Virus record (IMG/VR): IMGVR_UViG_3300021389_002231
From: an uncultured virus (IMG/VR IMGVR_UViG_3300021389_002231)
Taxonomy: Duplodnaviria > Heunggongvirae > Uroviricota > Caudoviricetes
Reading direction: 5' to 3' (one strand)
DNA length: 64,000 bases
Shown here: piece by piece, positions 18,920 to 28,448 of the stretch
Layout: the number at the start of each line of letters is the position of its first letter
Numbering within the stretch: position 1 is the first letter of the stretch
The notes under the pieces: generated by a model
What the model was told of the DNA's origin: nothing
Database searches by the model: none
What the model saw: the letters and a program-made list of their open reading frames with translations, nothing else
Program-made: the position numbers and the translations under genes

Positions 18920-19199
18920 ATTAATTAGTTTGATGGAACGTAATCATCTTAAGGTGAAAGAAGTATTTAAAAATAATCATACCTTAAGATTAACAAAGTA
19001 TGGTAAGAATCTTTTAAGTAAACAATTTAATGCATATCAATTTGAATCACCAAAAATGAGTGCGAATAATCTTATTCTTTTATTAAGAAAGATGAAATAT
19101 CCATATTATGTAGACAAGGACATCATAGTTTTGTTTACAGAAAAGGATGCATTTTTAACAAAGCTCGCGGGCGCCCAAGGATGGTTAGATGGCAAATAA
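18879..19199 (+). CDS. Hypothetical protein
   Basis: Coupled ORF; start uncertain. Confidence 0.65.
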   Translation: MGTQSQEIQIIQTKLISLMERNHLKVKEVFKNNHTLRLTKYGKNLLSKQFNAYQFESPKMSANNLILLLRKMKYPYYVDKDIIVLFTEKDAFLTKLAGAQGWLDGK

Positions 19200-19398
19200 A
19201 GAAAAGAAAGTCGAAGTACCTGAAACTATAATAGTTCATTGTACAGACAACGATCAAGACGTAGAAGTAACATATGTATCACAACACAATGGCATAATAA
19301 GAACAGACTTACAAGGAATGCCATTATATTTTAAACACCACAGAGCAAATATTTATGTAGGCAATATGCTAGGTAGAGAATTTGTAATGAAACTATGA
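19189..19398 (+). CDS. Hypothetical protein
   Basis: Coupled ORF with AGGA SD. Confidence 0.7.
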   Translation: MANKEKKVEVPETIIVHCTDNDQDVEVTYVSQHNGIIRTDLQGMPLYFKHHRANIYVGNMLGREFVMKL

Positions 19399-19703
19399 AC
19401 GAACTAGACTTACATGGATACAAAGTACATGATGCTTGGAAAGAGTTTTCTAAGTACATACAACAATGTTATCTAGATGAAATAAAAACCACAACGATTA
19501 TTACTGGACACGGTAAGATCGCAGAAGAAATAATAGCATGGGTTTATGCTAATCAATATTGTAAAACAATACTGCGAAGTAGAAATACTGGAGCATTTAT
19601 TGTTCACATCAGAAAAAACAAAAGCAAAAAGAAAGAAGATACTAAAGCAGAAAAGCCTAAAGTAGATTTATCTCCTTTGCTAAAAAAATTCAATAGTCAT
19701 TGA
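19395..19703 (+). CDS. Smr/MutS2 domain protein
   Basis: ELDLHG, IITGHG, GAF. Confidence 0.85.
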   Translation: MNELDLHGYKVHDAWKEFSKYIQQCYLDEIKTTTIITGHGKIAEEIIAWVYANQYCKTILRSRNTGAFIVHIRKNKSKKKEDTKAEKPKVDLSPLLKKFNSH

Positions 19704-19736
19704 CAAATTACGTAAATCTATTATAATATATAAATA
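19700..19736 (+). promoter_or_regulatory. Tandem early and late promoters
   Basis: TTGACA-16 nt-TATAAT (19700-19727) followed by TATAAATA (19729-19736). Confidence 0.7.
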
Positions 19737-19756
19737 TAATTATATGTGGAGAGAAT

Positions 19757-19921
19757 GTGATAAACGTTGATGCAATTAAAGAAAAGATTTACGGCAAAAC
19801 TAAGATTGAATTAGAAAGAGATAAAAGATATGAATCCAGATGGGTTTGGTATCACACATTTCTTGCCGCAGAAATATTTGTTACTAATATCTTATTAGTA
19901 ATTATTATCTACAAACTATAA
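19757..19921 (+). CDS. 54 aa protein with C-terminal TM (not in ORF track)
   Basis: GGAG SD, GTG start, MINVDAIKEKIYGK...FVTNILLVIIIYKL. Confidence 0.6.
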   Translation: MINVDAIKEKIYGKTKIELERDKRYESRWVWYHTFLAAEIFVTNILLVIIIYKL

Positions 19922-19936
19922 AAGAGGAAATATAGA

Positions 19937-20590
19937 ATGCAAGTGAAATTAATCTCACACAGTACAGCACCTGCTGACACAGGACTGGATAACTTACAAG
20001 AATTAATTGCCTTTTGTGCAAAGGTAAGCAATCCAAATAATCAAATCAATAAAGAAACAAGTGAGAAACTAATCAAGTATCTCATCAAACACCAGCATTG
20101 GAGCCCACTTGAAATGGTTAGTGCATGTTTAGAAATTGAAACAACACGTGATATTGCACATCAAATAGTAAGACATAGAAGTTTTGCATTCCAAGAGTTT
20201 AGTCAACGTTATGCTAATCCAGAAGAAATGGGCGAGCAGTTTGTAACACGCGAATGTCGTTTACAAGATACAAAGAACAGACAAAACAGTATTGATACTG
20301 ACAATGACTACCTAATGGAGCGTTGGGAAGATGAACAACTAAAAGTTATTATGCAAGCCGAAAAAGCATACAATTGGGCAATTGACAATGGCATTGCTAA
20401 AGAACAAGCCCGTGTAGTATTACCAGAAGGTTGTACTAAAACACGATTATACATGAATGGCACAATTCGTAGTTGGGTACATTACATCGAATTACGTGGT
20501 GCAAATGGTACACAAAAAGAACATATGGAAATTGCACATGCTTGTGCTAAAGTTATTGCAGATATATTTCCATTAGCAAAAGAACTATAA
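19937..20590 (+). CDS. thyX: FAD-dependent thymidylate synthase
   Basis: HWSPLE, QIVRHRSFAFQEFSQRY, EQARVVLP, TQKEH. Confidence 0.96.
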   Translation: MQVKLISHSTAPADTGLDNLQELIAFCAKVSNPNNQINKETSEKLIKYLIKHQHWSPLEMVSACLEIETTRDIAHQIVRHRSFAFQEFSQRYANPEEMGEQFVTRECRLQDTKNRQNSIDTDNDYLMERWEDEQLKVIMQAEKAYNWAIDNGIAKEQARVVLPEGCTKTRLYMNGTIRSWVHYIELRGANGTQKEHMEIAHACAKVIADIFPLAKEL

Positions 20591-21306
20591 TGCGAATAAA
20601 CAAAAAAGTAGCAGATGATTTAGCGAACCTTATACAAGAGCGTTATGATATTGATGTTAAAGATTATGAATCGTTTTTACAATTGCAATATGATATAGAC
20701 GAAGCATTATTGGCTCGTTACTTTGGCGATACTAAAGAATCCGATGAAGCAAAGACATATTGGAAACAACATTTAAAGTTTGAAACACGCAAAACAGGAC
20801 AAGAGATGTTAGATAAAATTAATGCTTTACAAGAACAAAGCAAAGATCCACTTGAAATACTTGATGTTGGTTGTGGAGATAATGGATGGAAAGAACACTT
20901 TGGTGCCAAATTAACAGGCATAGATCCATTTAACAGTAATGCAGATTTTAAAATAGGCATAGAAGAGTTTGCAAAGAAAAATCCAAACATAAAATGGGAT
21001 GTTGTGTTAGTACTAGGCAGTATTAATTTTGGTGATCAAGCAACAATAGAATCTCAACTAGTAGCTGCAGCCAGCTTAGTAAAACCAAGTGGCAAACTGT
21101 TCTTACGTGCTAATCCAGGTATAACACATGTAAACAAACATGCCCAGTGGATTGATTTCTTTAATTGGACTGAAGAATATATAACAGATGTTGCTAAACG
21201 ACTTGGATTCACAGTAAACGAAATAGGTTGGGACCACCCACAAAGCGATTTGGATATTCCAAATGGCAATAGATATTACAGCGAGTGGACTAAAACTAGC
21301 GTTTAA
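20590..21306 (+). CDS. Class I SAM-dependent methyltransferase
   Basis: ILDVGCG, GIDP, WDVVL, LVKPSG. Confidence 0.8.
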   Translation: MRINKKVADDLANLIQERYDIDVKDYESFLQLQYDIDEALLARYFGDTKESDEAKTYWKQHLKFETRKTGQEMLDKINALQEQSKDPLEILDVGCGDNGWKEHFGAKLTGIDPFNSNADFKIGIEEFAKKNPNIKWDVVLVLGSINFGDQATIESQLVAAASLVKPSGKLFLRANPGITHVNKHAQWIDFFNWTEEYITDVAKRLGFTVNEIGWDHPQSDLDIPNGNRYYSEWTKTSV

Positions 21307-21321
21307 TTACCACTTAAATCG

Positions 21322-21383
21322 TATAAATACATATAGTTTCCTATAGCCTTTTCTTAGGATTCTAATAAAAGGAAACTATATGT
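21322..21383 (+). promoter_or_regulatory. Late promoter plus 14-bp hairpin covering SD and ATG
   Basis: TATAAATA 21322-21329; ACATATAGTTTCCT (21329-21342) / AGGAAACTATATGT (21370-21383). Confidence 0.75.
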
Positions 21384-22639
21384 TAAAATCAAACAGCATC
21401 AGAAAGTTCTTCAAAAAACCTTTTGTAAGAACAACATCAATCATAGCAATAGCATTTATGCTCAGCGTAGTAACAAACTCATATTACAGAGAAATACAAG
21501 AAAAAATACATCAAGGTATTGGCTTTGTATATGATAAAAATGAAACCGTTGGACAAGCAATATATGATGTAAATGCATTTTTATTTAATGGCGATGGATT
21601 TGATCAAGAACGAAGATCAAAAGAAACAATATATGATAACTTTTCTAAAGTTGTTGTACTGAGTGTATTTGCTCCAGATAATCCAGAGCTTAATGGAATG
21701 TCAGGAAGAGGCACAGGTTTTATAATTGATGTAGACGATACATCAGCAACAATTGTTACAAACCATCATGTTGTTGACTCATACTTAGATCAACCAGACA
21801 TATTCAGAGTAAATGTACAGACTGCTATGCAAATGTGGTCTTACGAAGCAGAGATTATTGGACATGATATTGTAACTGACATAGCAGTTCTTAAAATTTA
21901 CAAAAAAGAAGATGAAGAATGGGAAGCAGTTGAATGGGGCACCAAAGACGATTATAGTACAGGAACACCTGTTGTTGTTATAGGACATGGAATGAGCATG
22001 TCTTGGACAAGTACACAAGGTCATGTTGTATACAGAGATAGATTTGGTATGCGTCCATATAATTTAATGTTACAAGTTGATGCAGTTATTAATCAAGGTA
22101 ACAGTGGCGGTCCTATATTTACTGATCGTGGAAAACTTATTGGTGTAGCTCAAAGTATTTACAGCCCAGGTAGAAGTATTCCAGGTTGGGATGGAGTTGG
22201 TATGGCAGTAAGTGTAGATCAAGTACGTAGAAGTGTTGATTATATTTTAAGTCCACAATACCATGCTAAAGGATATGTACCATATGCAGAATTTCCATTT
22301 AGTCTTAGCTCTTTCTTATTTGAAGAAGTAAAGCATATACCAGATGAAGATAGACATTATGCTTATTTTGATTATACAAAAAAGAAGCCCGATGCATTGC
22401 CTAACGTAGGCGAACTAGCTGGTTTTAAACAAGGTGATATATTAATAGAACTTAATGGTGAAGAAGTTATTAATAGTTTCTCAGTATTACGTGAAACACT
22501 AAAAGCATTTCCAGGAGATGTTTGGTATGTTACAGTATTACGTGGCGAAGAATTATTGACAATTGAAGTAGCATTAAGTGAAATGGATATACAATCACTT
22601 AGAGATATCATTACTCAACGAGAAAAACAACGTCAATAG
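21380..22639 (+). CDS. HtrA/DegP-like serine protease with PDZ domain
   Basis: N-terminal TM; GTGF, TNHHV, DIAVLK, INQGNSGGP; GDILIELNG PDZ segment. Confidence 0.9.
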   Translation: MLKSNSIRKFFKKPFVRTTSIIAIAFMLSVVTNSYYREIQEKIHQGIGFVYDKNETVGQAIYDVNAFLFNGDGFDQERRSKETIYDNFSKVVVLSVFAPDNPELNGMSGRGTGFIIDVDDTSATIVTNHHVVDSYLDQPDIFRVNVQTAMQMWSYEAEIIGHDIVTDIAVLKIYKKEDEEWEAVEWGTKDDYSTGTPVVVIGHGMSMSWTSTQGHVVYRDRFGMRPYNLMLQVDAVINQGNSGGPIFTDRGKLIGVAQSIYSPGRSIPGWDGVGMAVSVDQVRRSVDYILSPQYHAKGYVPYAEFPFSLSSFLFEEVKHIPDEDRHYAYFDYTKKKPDALPNVGELAGFKQGDILIELNGEEVINSFSVLRETLKAFPGDVWYVTVLRGEELLTIEVALSEMDIQSLRDIITQREKQRQ

Positions 22640-22668
22640 TTGACAAAATAGTCAACATATCTTATAAT
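22640..22668 (+). promoter_or_regulatory. Sigma70-type promoter with GTTGAC-N6-GTCAAC palindrome
   Basis: TTGACA-17 nt-TATAAT. Confidence 0.85.
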
Positions 22669-22691
22669 AATATAAACAATAGGGAGTAAGT

Positions 22692-23039
22692 ATGAATTGT
22701 TTAGCACTATCATTAGCAGTAACAATGCACCTTGGACTAGCAGGTGATTATAACTCATTACATCCACATGCAAGATGCGATGTTAATAATACAATAGCTG
22801 GAATTTATTATAATAGTGAAGAAAATATAAGTGGTTATGTTGGATATCAATTTCAAATGCCATATGATATAGAGCTTGAATTAGGTTGGGTTACAGGATA
22901 TAACACAGAAAAAGAAGTAGCTCCAATGTTCAGAATAACCAAAGATAATTGGTTTATTACACCAGCATATGAGACAAAACCCAATGAAAATTGGGGTATA
23001 ACTGTTGGTTTTGAGTTCCCATTAACAAAAAAAGATTAA
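22692..23039 (+). CDS. Small exported beta-strand-rich protein
   Basis: Hydrophobic N-terminus, GWVTGY, C-terminal VGFEF. Confidence 0.65.
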   Translation: MNCLALSLAVTMHLGLAGDYNSLHPHARCDVNNTIAGIYYNSEENISGYVGYQFQMPYDIELELGWVTGYNTEKEVAPMFRITKDNWFITPAYETKPNENWGITVGFEFPLTKKD

Positions 23040-23047
23040 ATTAATTT

Positions 23048-23076
23048 AAAAACCCTTGTAAAATAAGGGTTTTTTT
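23048..23076 (+). terminator. Rho-independent terminator
   Basis: AAAAACCCTTG-taaaa-TAAGGGTTTTTTT. Confidence 0.8.
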
Positions 23077-23099
23077 ATGACTTTTTTATGCTTAAAAGG

Positions 23100-23128
23100 T
23101 TGACAAGTAAGATGTCTTACTGTATACT
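23100..23128 (+). promoter_or_regulatory. Sigma70-type promoter with spacer palindrome
   Basis: TTGACA-17 nt-TATACT; GTAAGA-tg-TCTTAC. Confidence 0.85.
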
Positions 23129-23158
23129 GTAAGTATAGTTAATAAAAAGGAGAAGCAA

Positions 23159-23365
23159 ATGAATACATTTTTAAATATATTAGGCGGAATTTTGTTGTTT
23201 GGCGGGCTTATGGCTATAGCTGGTTCAGGTAACGATTGTGACGGTAAGTGTATGGAAACTGCAAATACCTTAGGAGAAATGCTAGTTGTAGCATTTGTTG
23301 GATTAATAACAATGGGAGTAGGAGGATTTCTTTTATTCCTAATTAACGGAAAGGCAAATTATTAA
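23159..23365 (+). CDS. Small 2-TM membrane protein
   Basis: Two hydrophobic helices around a CDGKC loop; AAGGAG SD. Confidence 0.75.
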   Translation: MNTFLNILGGILLFGGLMAIAGSGNDCDGKCMETANTLGEMLVVAFVGLITMGVGGFLLFLINGKANY

Positions 23366-23394
23366 TTGACTAATACAAAGAAGTGTATTATAAT
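23366..23394 (+). promoter_or_regulatory. Sigma70-type promoter with palindrome
   Basis: TTGACT-17 nt-TATAAT; TAATACA-N6-TGTATTA. Confidence 0.8.
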
Positions 23395-23458
23395 AGTTAT
23401 ATAAGTTATGCCAAAGAAGAAACAAATTTTATCACCACTAGAAGAAGGAAGTGAAAAT

Positions 23459-24583
23459 ATGAAAACTGCGATAAGTGAATCAAGAACAGTAAAAATTAGT
23501 GAGGCAACTACTCTCATTACACGAGCTTTTAAAAAGAAGCGTCCTGTATTTTTATGGGGTCCTCCAGGAATTGGTAAATCAGAACTAGTTAAAGAAATTG
23601 GTGACTCAGGTGCATTAGGTAAAACTCATGTTATTGATATGCGTCTTGCATTGTTTGAGCCTACTGATTTAAGAGGCTATCCTGTACCAAATATGGAAAC
23701 AGGTGTTATGCAATGGTTACCACCTGCAGATTTGCCAAGTAAAGAATTGGCTAAGAAGTACGATACAGTTATTGTATTCTTAGATGAAATGAACTCAGCG
23801 GCACCTAGTGTGCAAGCGGCGGGTTACCAGTTAATCCTTAACAGACGTATTGGACAATACGAACTGCCAGACAACGTTGTAATGATTGCGGCAGGTAATA
23901 GAGAAACTGACAAAGGTGTTACTTACAGAATGCCTAAGCCACTTGAGAACAGGTTTGTTCATTTTGAACTACGTGTTGATTTCCAAGATTGGTTGAATTG
24001 GGCTGTAATGCACGAAGTTAACCCAGACGTAGTTGGTTACCTTTCATTTGCAAAAGGCGACTTATATAACTTTGATCCTCAATCAAGTTCAAGAGGATTT
24101 GCTACACCAAGAGCTTGGACATTTACTTCAGAACTACTTGAAGGTGAAGATGACTTGTCAGATAGTTTACAGACTGATATGGTAGCAGGTTGTGTTGGCG
24201 AAGGTATTGCAGTTAAGTTTATGGCACATAGAAAGATTGCAGGAGACCTTCCTGTTCCAGAAGATGTACTAGATGCTAAAGTTAAAAAGATTGATACTAC
24301 TGAAGTATCGGCAATGTATGCATTGGCTACATCACTATGTTATGAACTTAGAGATAGATTTATTACTGGTGAAAAAGCAGGTGCTGATAGCAAGCAGATG
24401 GAAAAATACCACAAGAGCTTTTCAAACTTCATTAACTTTATGATGGATAACATGGAAACTGAAATGGTTATTATGGCATCAAGAATTGCAATGCAACAAT
24501 ACAAGTTAGTTCCTAAGCAAAAGAAAATTGAACGATTTGAAGAATACTTTGGTCGTTATGGACGTTTGGTACTAGACGCTTAA
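23459..24583 (+). CDS. MoxR-like AAA+ ATPase
   Basis: GPPGIGKS, VFLDE, AAGNR, NRF, TPRAW; alternative start 23408. Confidence 0.88.
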   Translation: MKTAISESRTVKISEATTLITRAFKKKRPVFLWGPPGIGKSELVKEIGDSGALGKTHVIDMRLALFEPTDLRGYPVPNMETGVMQWLPPADLPSKELAKKYDTVIVFLDEMNSAAPSVQAAGYQLILNRRIGQYELPDNVVMIAAGNRETDKGVTYRMPKPLENRFVHFELRVDFQDWLNWAVMHEVNPDVVGYLSFAKGDLYNFDPQSSSRGFATPRAWTFTSELLEGEDDLSDSLQTDMVAGCVGEGIAVKFMAHRKIAGDLPVPEDVLDAKVKKIDTTEVSAMYALATSLCYELRDRFITGEKAGADSKQMEKYHKSFSNFINFMMDNMETEMVIMASRIAMQQYKLVPKQKKIERFEEYFGRYGRLVLDA

Positions 24584-24604
24584 TTTAACTGTAAAGGAAA
24601 TATT

Positions 24605-25780
24605 ATGAACAAGACTGCAGAAGAAAGAATTACACAATCCAGAGTTAGGTTGCTATTAACTAAGCCTTTCTTTGGACAGTTAGCAGTAAGGTTAAAGATT
24701 GAAGATGCAAGCTCATATATTCCTACTGCGGCAACAGATGGCAGAAGGTTTATGTTTAACAGAGATTTTGTTAATTCATTACCAGATGAAATGTTAGACT
24801 TTTTAGTTGGACACGAAGTATTGCATTGTGTATTTGATCATATGCAGGCACGTGGAGATCGTAAGCCACAACTTTATAATGCTGCAGCTGACTATAACAT
24901 TAACATGACACTAGTTGAACAGAACATTGGTAAGCCTATTTCAGAAGATAAACTAGAAGGTGGCAAGATTTGTTTGGACTGGAAATACAGTGGTTGGAAC
25001 AGTTATGAGATATATGATGACTTGTTAAAGACTCAACAAGATGCTAAAGGCATGGATGTTCATTTAGACGAAATGAGCGATGAAGAAAAAGACAAAGCTG
25101 GTCAAGGTGCTGGTGAAGAAATGTCTGAAGAAGAAAAGAAAGCATTAGCAGACGAAATTAAACAAGCCACTATCCAAGCGGCACAAGCCGCAGGCGAAGG
25201 TGTACCAGATGTAATTAAACGTATGATTAGTGAGTTGGTTGCACCTAAAATGGATTGGAGAGACATACTTAGAACTCAATTAGAGAGTTCACTTAAAAAC
25301 GACTTTACTTTTATGCGTCCTAGTAAACGTAGTGGCGAAGTTATTTTTCCAGGTATGGACAAAGACGAAGAATTAAATATTGCAATTGCATTAGATACAA
25401 GTGGTAGTATTAGTCAAGATATGCTACGTGACTTCCTTAGTGAAGTACAAGGCATTATGGATCAATACCAGGCTTACAAAGTACATGTCTTTCAATTTGA
25501 TACGGATGTGTATGGTGCAGATGACTTTACTAGTGACGATGGTCGTACTATGGATGAATACGAACTTAAAGGCGGAGGCGGCACTGACTTTGATGTAGTG
25601 TTTAATTACTTAGAGCAGTATAACATTGAACCAGATCAACTAGTTATGTTTACAGATGGTTACCCGTGGGGTAGTTGGGGTAATGCAGATTACTGCGATA
25701 CATTGTTTGTAGTACATGGCGATAAACAAAAACGAATTCAATCACCTTTTGGAGTTACAGTACACTATGAAGCAGCTTAA
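24605..25780 (+). CDS. DUF2201-type metallopeptidase plus VWA domain protein
   Basis: TAATDG, HEVLH, DTSGS (MIDAS), GGGGTDF, FTDG. Confidence 0.88.
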   Translation: MNKTAEERITQSRVRLLLTKPFFGQLAVRLKIEDASSYIPTAATDGRRFMFNRDFVNSLPDEMLDFLVGHEVLHCVFDHMQARGDRKPQLYNAAADYNINMTLVEQNIGKPISEDKLEGGKICLDWKYSGWNSYEIYDDLLKTQQDAKGMDVHLDEMSDEEKDKAGQGAGEEMSEEEKKALADEIKQATIQAAQAAGEGVPDVIKRMISELVAPKMDWRDILRTQLESSLKNDFTFMRPSKRSGEVIFPGMDKDEELNIAIALDTSGSISQDMLRDFLSEVQGIMDQYQAYKVHVFQFDTDVYGADDFTSDDGRTMDEYELKGGGGTDFDVVFNYLEQYNIEPDQLVMFTDGYPWGSWGNADYCDTLFVVHGDKQKRIQSPFGVTVHYEAA

Positions 25781-26780
25781 ATTATTAATTACATTACTTG
25801 CATTTACATTTTTACCTGTACAAGGGTTTGCAGATAATTATCAAATACAAAATCCTAATGATTATTGTTCAAAAATAGCTCTTCCAACTGATGTAGCATT
25901 TAAAGATCATTATGGATTTTGTTTAGCTGATAAAACTGCATTTAAAGATTATGGATTTCAAATAGTTGATAAAAGCAATGGACATCCAGTAAGAGCAGGC
26001 AATCACTCAATGAGATTTGAATTAAGAGATGGTGATTGTAACAATCCTGCACAAGGATGGAATGATTGCAAAGGTGATAGAGAAAGATTTGAAATTTCTG
26101 GAAGAGACATGTTTGCTGGAGAACAAGGTTGGCATGCATGGTCAGTATTCATACCTAGCAATTTTGTAGATATTATGAATCCTGCACTTCTTGATCTTGG
26201 ACAATTTAATCTTGAATCATCTAAAGACTCTGACCCATGTTGTACTCTTTTATTCAAAAAAACAAAAAGTGGATTAGTTATTGATTCAGAACTTCAGAAC
26301 AGAGCATGGGTAACACTAGACTCAACAAAAACACAGGCGTGGAATGATTTTATAGTTAACTATAAATGGTCAAAAAAAGACGATGGGTTTATTAAACTTT
26401 GGTTAAACAATGAACTTGTATATGAATTTAATGGACCAACACTAACAAAAAATACGGAATTTGTTTATTTTAGATTTGGAATTTATAGAGGTGGGTTATC
26501 AAGATACCTTAATCATAAGAACTTTACACCTGAAGTTGAAACTTGTTTTAGAAATAGTGGAGCCAGTAATGAATTAATAAATGTTACTAAAAAAGGCGAA
26601 TGGTCAGAACTGCTAGGACTTGGAGGCGAATCAGCTACGTTTAAACTTTATAATCAATGTAAGCATCTTTATAAAATTAAAATGCCTACACAGGTAGTTT
26701 ACTATGATGAAATTAGAAACGGCAAAACTTGTAAAAGATTAAACCTAACAGATCTTAATTGTAAAGAACTTGGGCAATAA
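25767..26780 (+). CDS. Secreted polysaccharide lyase-like protein
   Basis: Signal peptide; SMRFELRDGDC, RERFE, GFIKLW, YFRFGIYR, VYYDEIR. Confidence 0.65.
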   Translation: MKQLKLLITLLAFTFLPVQGFADNYQIQNPNDYCSKIALPTDVAFKDHYGFCLADKTAFKDYGFQIVDKSNGHPVRAGNHSMRFELRDGDCNNPAQGWNDCKGDRERFEISGRDMFAGEQGWHAWSVFIPSNFVDIMNPALLDLGQFNLESSKDSDPCCTLLFKKTKSGLVIDSELQNRAWVTLDSTKTQAWNDFIVNYKWSKKDDGFIKLWLNNELVYEFNGPTLTKNTEFVYFRFGIYRGGLSRYLNHKNFTPEVETCFRNSGASNELINVTKKGEWSELLGLGGESATFKLYNQCKHLYKIKMPTQVVYYDEIRNGKTCKRLNLTDLNCKELGQ

Positions 26781-26783
26781 TTA

Positions 26784-27125
26784 ATGACATCATTATATAA
26801 ATTAGGACTAACACCTAAACTAGTAGACGAAGATACAATAGATATTAGCGAGTTTCATCCTAGGCAAAGAACAAATATTAGGTTATATGGACCAGAATGC
26901 AAAGATTGGACTCCATTAATGATCAGTGATTATAAAAGAAAATGGGCTCCAACAGGTACACCAATAGTAGTTTTTAATTACAATAGTGCATTGAAATGGT
27001 GCAAAAAGCATCTATATCATCATACATTTAATGCTACAAAATATGCAAATCCAGATGATAGCCATACAATACATTTTGAAAAAGAAGAAGATGCAATGCT
27101 ATTTAAATTAGCGTTTAGTGGTTGA
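26784..27125 (+). CDS. Hypothetical protein
   Basis: C-terminal FEKEEDAMLFKL motif shared with 59226-59480. Confidence 0.75.
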   Translation: MTSLYKLGLTPKLVDEDTIDISEFHPRQRTNIRLYGPECKDWTPLMISDYKRKWAPTGTPIVVFNYNSALKWCKKHLYHHTFNATKYANPDDSHTIHFEKEEDAMLFKLAFSG

Positions 27126-27150
27126 CACAACTACTAATTTGTTATATAAT
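27122..27150 (+). promoter_or_regulatory. Sigma70-type promoter
   Basis: TTGACA-17 nt-TATAAT. Confidence 0.8.
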
Positions 27151-27159
27151 AATACAATT

Positions 27160-27489
27160 ATGGGAATGGTAAAAGTGAAAAAAGAAACAAATAACAGAAT
27201 TAAGTTAGTTAACAATGGCGGAAGCCTGAGTGAAACAGACTTGCAATTAATTGCAGGTACAGAATTAGTCATGGATATGATGAGAAATAGAGTAGTTGTT
27301 GTAACTAATAACAACGACATCGCTTGGAATGACTTAATGACAGATGTAGTAGGACTATATCATATTAGACCTTTAGATAAGTCTAAACAAATATATCAGC
27401 TATGGTTTGAACTAAAAGACGACATAGCTCAATTTAACAAGAATCTTTATGTTAGTAAGTTAAGCAATACTGCTCACGTACCGGCATAA
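27160..27489 (+). CDS. Hypothetical protein
   Basis: First ATG downstream of the promoter. Confidence 0.7.
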   Translation: MGMVKVKKETNNRIKLVNNGGSLSETDLQLIAGTELVMDMMRNRVVVVTNNNDIAWNDLMTDVVGLYHIRPLDKSKQIYQLWFELKDDIAQFNKNLYVSKLSNTAHVPA

Positions 27490-27529
27490 ATAACATAGTA
27501 GTTAATTAAACTATACCAAGGAGTATAAA

Positions 27530-27790
27530 ATGAAAAAAGAAACAAAAGACCAAGCACCTAAAGATGCAGGCGAGATGGTAGGACTAGCCCTACAAGATAT
27601 CGTCCTTTCAGCAAATATTATTGATTTAGCAACACAACGTGGTGCTTTTAAGGCAGCAGAAGCAGGTCAAGTAGGTGCATGTTTTGAGAAGTTAGTAGCT
27701 TTTATTAAAGCAAACACACCTAAGCCAGAAGAAAAACCAGAAGATAAAGCAGACGCAGATGCAGATGCAAGCTCTTCAGATAAATCCTAA
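27530..27790 (+). CDS. Hypothetical protein
   Basis: ATAAATA (27486-27492) and AAGGAG upstream. Confidence 0.8.
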   Translation: MKKETKDQAPKDAGEMVGLALQDIVLSANIIDLATQRGAFKAAEAGQVGACFEKLVAFIKANTPKPEEKPEDKADADADASSSDKS

Positions 27791-27805
27791 TAAGGAGAAA
27801 CAATT

Positions 27806-28432
27806 ATGAGTATGAATATAAAACATGTGGGTAAGACCCATACAGGAAAAAAATGTGTAGTGGTATTCAGAGAAGTACCAGAAGAACCACATAACTGTTT
27901 AGTAGTAGACACAGACGCACTTCCAGATTGGATGCATGATGATATTATGAACGCAGTAGAATCACCAGGAGCTCAACAAAGCAATGACTTTTATGAGTAT
28001 GCAGAACGAACAGTTCTAACTGATGGTACTAATATGCTACAAGCATTACACACTACAGGTAGACTACAAAAAGTATCTACAGATCAAATCACACTGACTC
28101 CAAACAATTCAGTATCAGTTGGATTAACTGAAATTAATAATATTGTGCGTGAGAATACCGGTGATAAGTCAGTAGTTGCTCCATCAACTGAACAAGTTGG
28201 TATGGCAGGAAAAGATACATCATCTACTCCAGTAATGGAAAGTGCAGTTGCTCCTAGCAACAACGAAGGTATTAGTGATACTGATTTAGCTAAACAATTC
28301 TTAGCACAAGCAAAAGGATACGAAACAGAAGCAAAGAGTCTAAAAGCTCAAGCATATGAATTAGCTCCTGGATTAAAGCCTGGGCCTAAGAAACCAGTTT
28401 CTAAAAAAGAATCTGAAGCAGTTTCAGAATAA
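27806..28432 (+). CDS. Hypothetical protein
   Basis: TAAGGAG SD, 208 aa. Confidence 0.8.
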   Translation: MSMNIKHVGKTHTGKKCVVVFREVPEEPHNCLVVDTDALPDWMHDDIMNAVESPGAQQSNDFYEYAERTVLTDGTNMLQALHTTGRLQKVSTDQITLTPNNSVSVGLTEINNIVRENTGDKSVVAPSTEQVGMAGKDTSSTPVMESAVAPSNNEGISDTDLAKQFLAQAKGYETEAKSLKAQAYELAPGLKPGPKKPVSKKESEAVSE

Positions 28433-28448
28433 TTAAATAAGGAATAAC

